The translations under genes were made by a program, and so were the position numbers. Below, piece by piece: positions 57,888-62,898 of a stretch of 62,898 bases of DNA. The notes below the pieces were generated by a model, which searched no databases, was not told the DNA's origin, and saw only the letters and a program-made list of their open reading frames with translations. Source of the stretch: Octopus sinensis (Eukaryota); the NCBI RefSeq assembly GCF_006345805.1, contig NW_021832002.1, positions 1-62,898 on the forward strand. The letters are read 5' to 3'. How positions within the stretch are numbered: the first letter of the stretch is position 1; each line of letters begins with the position of its first letter.

Positions 57888-57927
57888 GTTATTATTATTA
57901 TTATTATTACTATTTTTATTATTATTA

Positions 57928-57966
<39 letters not shown>

Positions 57967-58266
57967 CATCATCATCATCATCATCATTATTATCATCATT
58001 ATTATTATCATTCTATGTTTGACTTTTGCTTTACATTTACACAAGCTGGCTCCAAGACTGACCCAGAGACCTCAAGAGACAACAAGTTCATGTTGGTGTT
58101 ATGCCTAAGGTGCCATATATTTGGTTTTGCACTTAGTGCTGTACAAGTGAGTGTCTAAGAAATCATACGAATTCTTCTTCTTCTTCTTCTTCTTCTTCTT
58201 CTTCTTCTTCTTCTTCTTCTTCTTCTTCTTCTTCTTTTTCTTCTTCTTCTTTTTCTTCTTCTTCTT

Positions 58267-58343
<77 letters not shown>

Positions 58344-58375
58344 CATTATTATTATTATTATTATTATTATTGGAA
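57888..58375. repeat. (TAT)n/(CAT)n and (CTT)n(TAT)n microsatellites around a 150-bp unique segment
   Basis: Directly visible. Confidence 0.9.
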
Positions 58376-59099
58376 TAAATTTCTGTTGACTGAATCATCT
58401 CTAGCGTATAGGTAGTATTCATATTTTCCTTCCTGATACTGAATGCAAATGGAAGCAAATCAGCAGCAGCTTCCATAAGCAATTTAATAGAAGTAAACTG
58501 AAGATTGCCAAATAATTCACTCATTCTTCAACTATGCCAGTTGGAAAGAAAGTACTATTGTTATACAACGCTAATATAGATATTACAAATATGAACTTGT
58601 GTTGAAAAGACGAATAGGCCAAGATATTATAAAGAAAATTCACAAAAATTGTGAATCGATGGCTTATATAGATCACTGGCATTTATTTGCGGGGACCGAT
58701 AAGGGCGATTAAAAGATGAAAAATATAGTGATTTAATGGAAAAAAAAGTCAAAATCTGATGAGACGAAACGAAATAACATCGAGTGTTTATCTCAAACAT
58801 CCACATTTGCTATGACTGCCAAAAATGGCCACCATTTTGTTTTGATTGTTCAATTTATTTATTCATTTTTTCATTACGAGAATCGATATATATATATATA
58901 TATATATTCCACAAAACAATTACATACACACATATTACACATATATATATATTCACAAGCAGCCATAAACACATACATACATGTACAAACAACCTTCGAA
59001 ATCTCTTACAGTCTACTACACACTGACCGATATAGTGAAAAGAAACTGTGCGTAAGATGATTTAAACATGGGCATTCGTTTTTTTATATAGACATATAA

Positions 59100-59138
<39 letters not shown>

Positions 59139-59335
59139 TGAGTGTGTGTGCGTGCGTGGGTGTTGCGTTGACATATATATGTATATATATAGTTATGCAT
59201 ATATGCATATACACACACATCCATATATATATATACATATATATATATATACCTAATTTATGTACATATACATATACATATATATAATACATATATATAC
59301 ATATAATATGTGATATATATTATATATATCTGTTA

Positions 59336-59370
<35 letters not shown>

Positions 59371-59826
59371 TATGTGTATGCATATGTATGTGTACACACA
59401 TACACGCGCATTTACATTTGAAGTAACGAAGTCTAGGGTGCCCTCTGGCTTTGACCTGCGAAACTTGAAGTCGATAAAAATCTTCCGTATCTATGGCAAT
59501 TGCATTCGGGTAATCTCCATTATTCTGTTATTAATATCATTGAAATCCGAGCGATCTATGAATCCACATAAAAATACACATACATACACTCACACACACA
59601 CACAAAGATATATATATATTTATATATATATACACATATACACACGCATACACGCACATGCATAAACCCACACAAACACACATATAATCACTCATGCATA
59701 TGTACACACATATTAGTTTGCATGAAACTGGATTTTTGATTTACTCTCGTAACTGTTCTCAGCGAGAAAATGAATATATATCTATTTATATATGCATACA
59801 CACACATTCATGGACGCCCACACGCG

Positions 59827-59880
<54 letters not shown>

Positions 59881-59895
59881 CAAATTATTACATTA

Positions 59896-59945
59896 TATAA
59901 AGGGTTAGTAAAATAAATTACTTTGCCGCATACTGAACTCATATT
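59896..59945 (-). repeat. Terminal fragment of family F
   Basis: tataaagggttagtaaaataaattactttgccgcatactgaactcat matches 18993-19040. Confidence 0.75.
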
Positions 59946-60227
59946 GTTGAAATTAATATATATACATATAAGATATATATCTATATATATATCTATTATA
60001 TATATATACATGTGATATATATATATATACATATACTATATATATATATTTATGTATATATATATTTATGTATATATGTATATATACATATATGTATATA
60101 TACATATATATTATATATATATATATATATATACATGTGTATATATATATATATATACATATACATATAATATATATTTATGTATATATATATTTATGTA
60201 TATATGTATATTAATATATGTTTCTAC

Positions 60228-60299
<72 letters not shown>

Positions 60300-60450
60300 A
60301 TGTATATGTATGTATATATATATATGCGACCTGGAGACGACCTTCTTCGGACGTTTTAGGTAATGCCTTTATTTCGACAATTCCGTGTTAAAGGGAAACA
60401 GGAACAAAATGGTCGAATGATTTGAAGATAGAGAGAGGGAGGAGATAGAA

Positions 60451-60489
<39 letters not shown>

Positions 60490-60895
60490 ATATGCAGTGG
60501 CGCGGGAGAGATTACAGTGGAAATTATTATGAGAGAAAACGGGTTAAACGAGGAGTGTGAGTGGAGCGGATTCAGTGAAAGCAAATAATGTTGACAAACT
60601 TATTTTGAATTTAAGGGGAAAATAAACAAATAAGTATTTTTTTGAAAATTTATTCTCGAAACTCAAATTGCTATTTGACCTCGACAAAACAAACATCAAT
60701 TGTTAGAATCCGTCCTTACAAGTACAAATATCGGCTGTATTAATTACGCGTTTGCTCTATTGACTATTGCTGCATCATGCCAACAAACAAATATTTAGAA
60801 ACTGACGAGTAATTCTTGTGTTTATTCGTCGACAAGAAAAACAGCAACGTGATGATGAGAGATGATGGTAACAGCGGTGATGGTAGTAGTAGCGG

Positions 60896-61121
60896 CGAGC
60901 TGGCAGAAACGTTAGCGCGCCGGGCGAAATGCTTAGCGGTATTTCGTCTGCGTTACGTTGGGAGTTCAAAATTCCGCCGAGGTCGACTTTGCCTTTCATC
61001 CTTTCGGGGTCGATAAATTAAGTACCAGTTACGCACTGGGGTCGATGTAATCGACTTAATACCTATGTCTGTCCTTGTTTGCCCGCTCTGTGTTTAGCCC
61101 CTTGTGGGTAATAAAGAAATA
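60896..61121 (+). mobile_element. SINE family C monomer with 20-bp TSD
   Basis: TSD ggtgatggtagtagtagcgg at 60876-60895 and 61122-61141. Confidence 0.9.
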
Positions 61122-61145
61122 GGTGATGGTAGTAGTAGCGGTGGT

Positions 61146-61531
61146 CAGGAGGCGCAATGGCCCAGTGGTTAGGGCAGCGGACTCGCGGTCGTAGGATCGC
61201 GGTTTCGATTCCCAGACCGGGCATTGTGAGTGTTTATTGAGCGAAAACACCTAAAGATCCACGAGGCTCCGGCTGGGGATGTTGGTGATCCCTGCTGTAC
61301 TCTTTCACCACAACATTCTCTCACTCTTACTTCCTCTTTCTTTTGTACCTGTATTTCAAAGGGCCGGCCTTGTCACTCTCTGTGTCACGCTGAATATCCC
61401 GGGAACTACGTTAAGGGTACACGTGTCTGTGGAGTGCTCAGCCACTTACACGTTAATTTCACTAGCAGGCTGTTCCGTTGATTCGGATCAACCGGAACCC
61501 TCGTCGTCGGAACCGACGGAGTGATTCCAAA
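61146..61531 (+). mobile_element. tRNA-derived SINE sharing the family B head but with a different tail; 12-bp TSD
   Basis: A-box tggcccagtggtt, B-box ggtttcgattccc; TSD agtagcggtggt at 61134-61145 and 61532-61543. Confidence 0.88.
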
Positions 61532-62000
61532 AGTAGCGGTGGTGGCGTGGTCGTGGTTGTGGTTGTGTAACTGGTCGTACTGGAGATAGTTATTCATGCC
61601 ATGACCATCTTTTTTTCCTTTTCACGAATATCCTATTCATGATTCCATTAACCAAAAGTGTATTGCTCTCACTTTTCAAGACAGCTGAGTGTGATATAAA
61701 GGAAAGTTGGTTGCAATATCCAACAGGGCTTGCGTCTACGTATACGGTCATGCATGCGTATATGATTGAATGTGCAGATGTATGTATGAATGTATGGACG
61801 CATATATGTGTGAGTATGTGTGTGTGCGCGTGTGTACACAAGCAAAATAGCTAGTTGTAAAATCTCAAGAAGAGATCAGATTATTAGTAACTCTACTAAC
61901 AAGTAAAATCAATCACCACGTCAAAGGGGCTGTTCCAAGTATATACATACTACATACATACATACATACATCATACATACATACATACATGCATACATAT

Positions 62001-62031
<31 letters not shown>

Positions 62032-62313
62032 CTATAATATATATATATATATATAAATTAAATTTACAGATAAAACCACTATTAGGCAACTCAAACAGTG
62101 ATAGATATAACAAAAAATAAATATAATTAATATAATATATAATATATATATAAAATATAAAATTAAAAATTTACATTATTAAAATTTAAAATTTATAAAT
62201 TTATATTTTTAAATCTTTTAATTTTTTAATTTTTTATTTTTAACTTTAAAATTTTTTTTTAATATAACTAAGTTTGGATATACTCCCTATTATTCTATTA
62301 TTATTATATATAA

Positions 62314-62393
<80 letters not shown>

Positions 62394-62898
62394 AAAAATG
62401 CATATATATACATACACCTACACATATACATATATGTATGTCTCGACGATTATCGTAGTGCGGTTATAGTTGGTAGAGGTGTGATGTTTGTAATTACACA
62501 GGTGAATGTGGAAGTTTCTGATTTTTTTTTCTTTTCACCTACGTTAAAAAAACACAATAGAACCGATATCTGAGTGAGATTTCACTGCTGTTTTAAGGAA
62601 CCTGATTGGCTACATCAAAATATTACCCAGGTATGATTGTGATGAATGTATGGTACAGTTGTTCGTTTGTTGTTCTATGTTACCTTCGGTTAAGCAAATC
62701 GTGCTGCAGTTGTGATCATCCTTCGCTTATTTTTTTACTCTTTTCTCTAAGAATTAACTCAAAATCAGAGTAACCAACGTGACCCCCTTTTAAATACGTT
62801 ATTATGGCTTGAAATAAATTTAACTGTTAATTCTAGCTAGTCGATCTACCAAATGGAAGCTGCGTTATTGATAGTGTGGCTTTAGAGTTTCCGGCGTT

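Noticed and set aside
58755-58800. CUGAUGAGACGAAACGAAA
   Set aside because: Stem II has only 1 bp and there is no stem I complement.

Overview
AT-rich, repeat-saturated animal intergenic or intronic DNA. The SINE families and extreme microsatellite load suggest an octopod cephalopod (inference, not checked). I can support no intact host protein-coding gene; most long ORFs in the track are microsatellite artefacts. The window holds (i) many tRNA-derived SINEs of at least four families, one of which occurs as 1-, 2-, 3- and 7-unit head-to-tail multimers; (ii) decayed Penelope-like elements (PLE; RT C-terminus and GIY-YIG fragments); (iii) R4/Dong-type RLE LINE remnants sitting in (TAA)n; (iv) RTE, mariner, Tigger and hAT-like remnants; (v) several long foldback inverted repeats. 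The most notable signal is about a dozen type-I hammerhead-ribozyme motifs from at least 6 unrelated repeat families, most with short palindromic helix III. These include a 552-nt tandem, ORF-less, retrozyme-like repeat with canonical cores (18991-20327), a palindrome carrying one hammerhead on each strand (38338-38863) and a U3-A8 compensated core behind a GIY-YIG ORF (49889-49926). All folds and alignments were done by eye; activity and novelty are untested.
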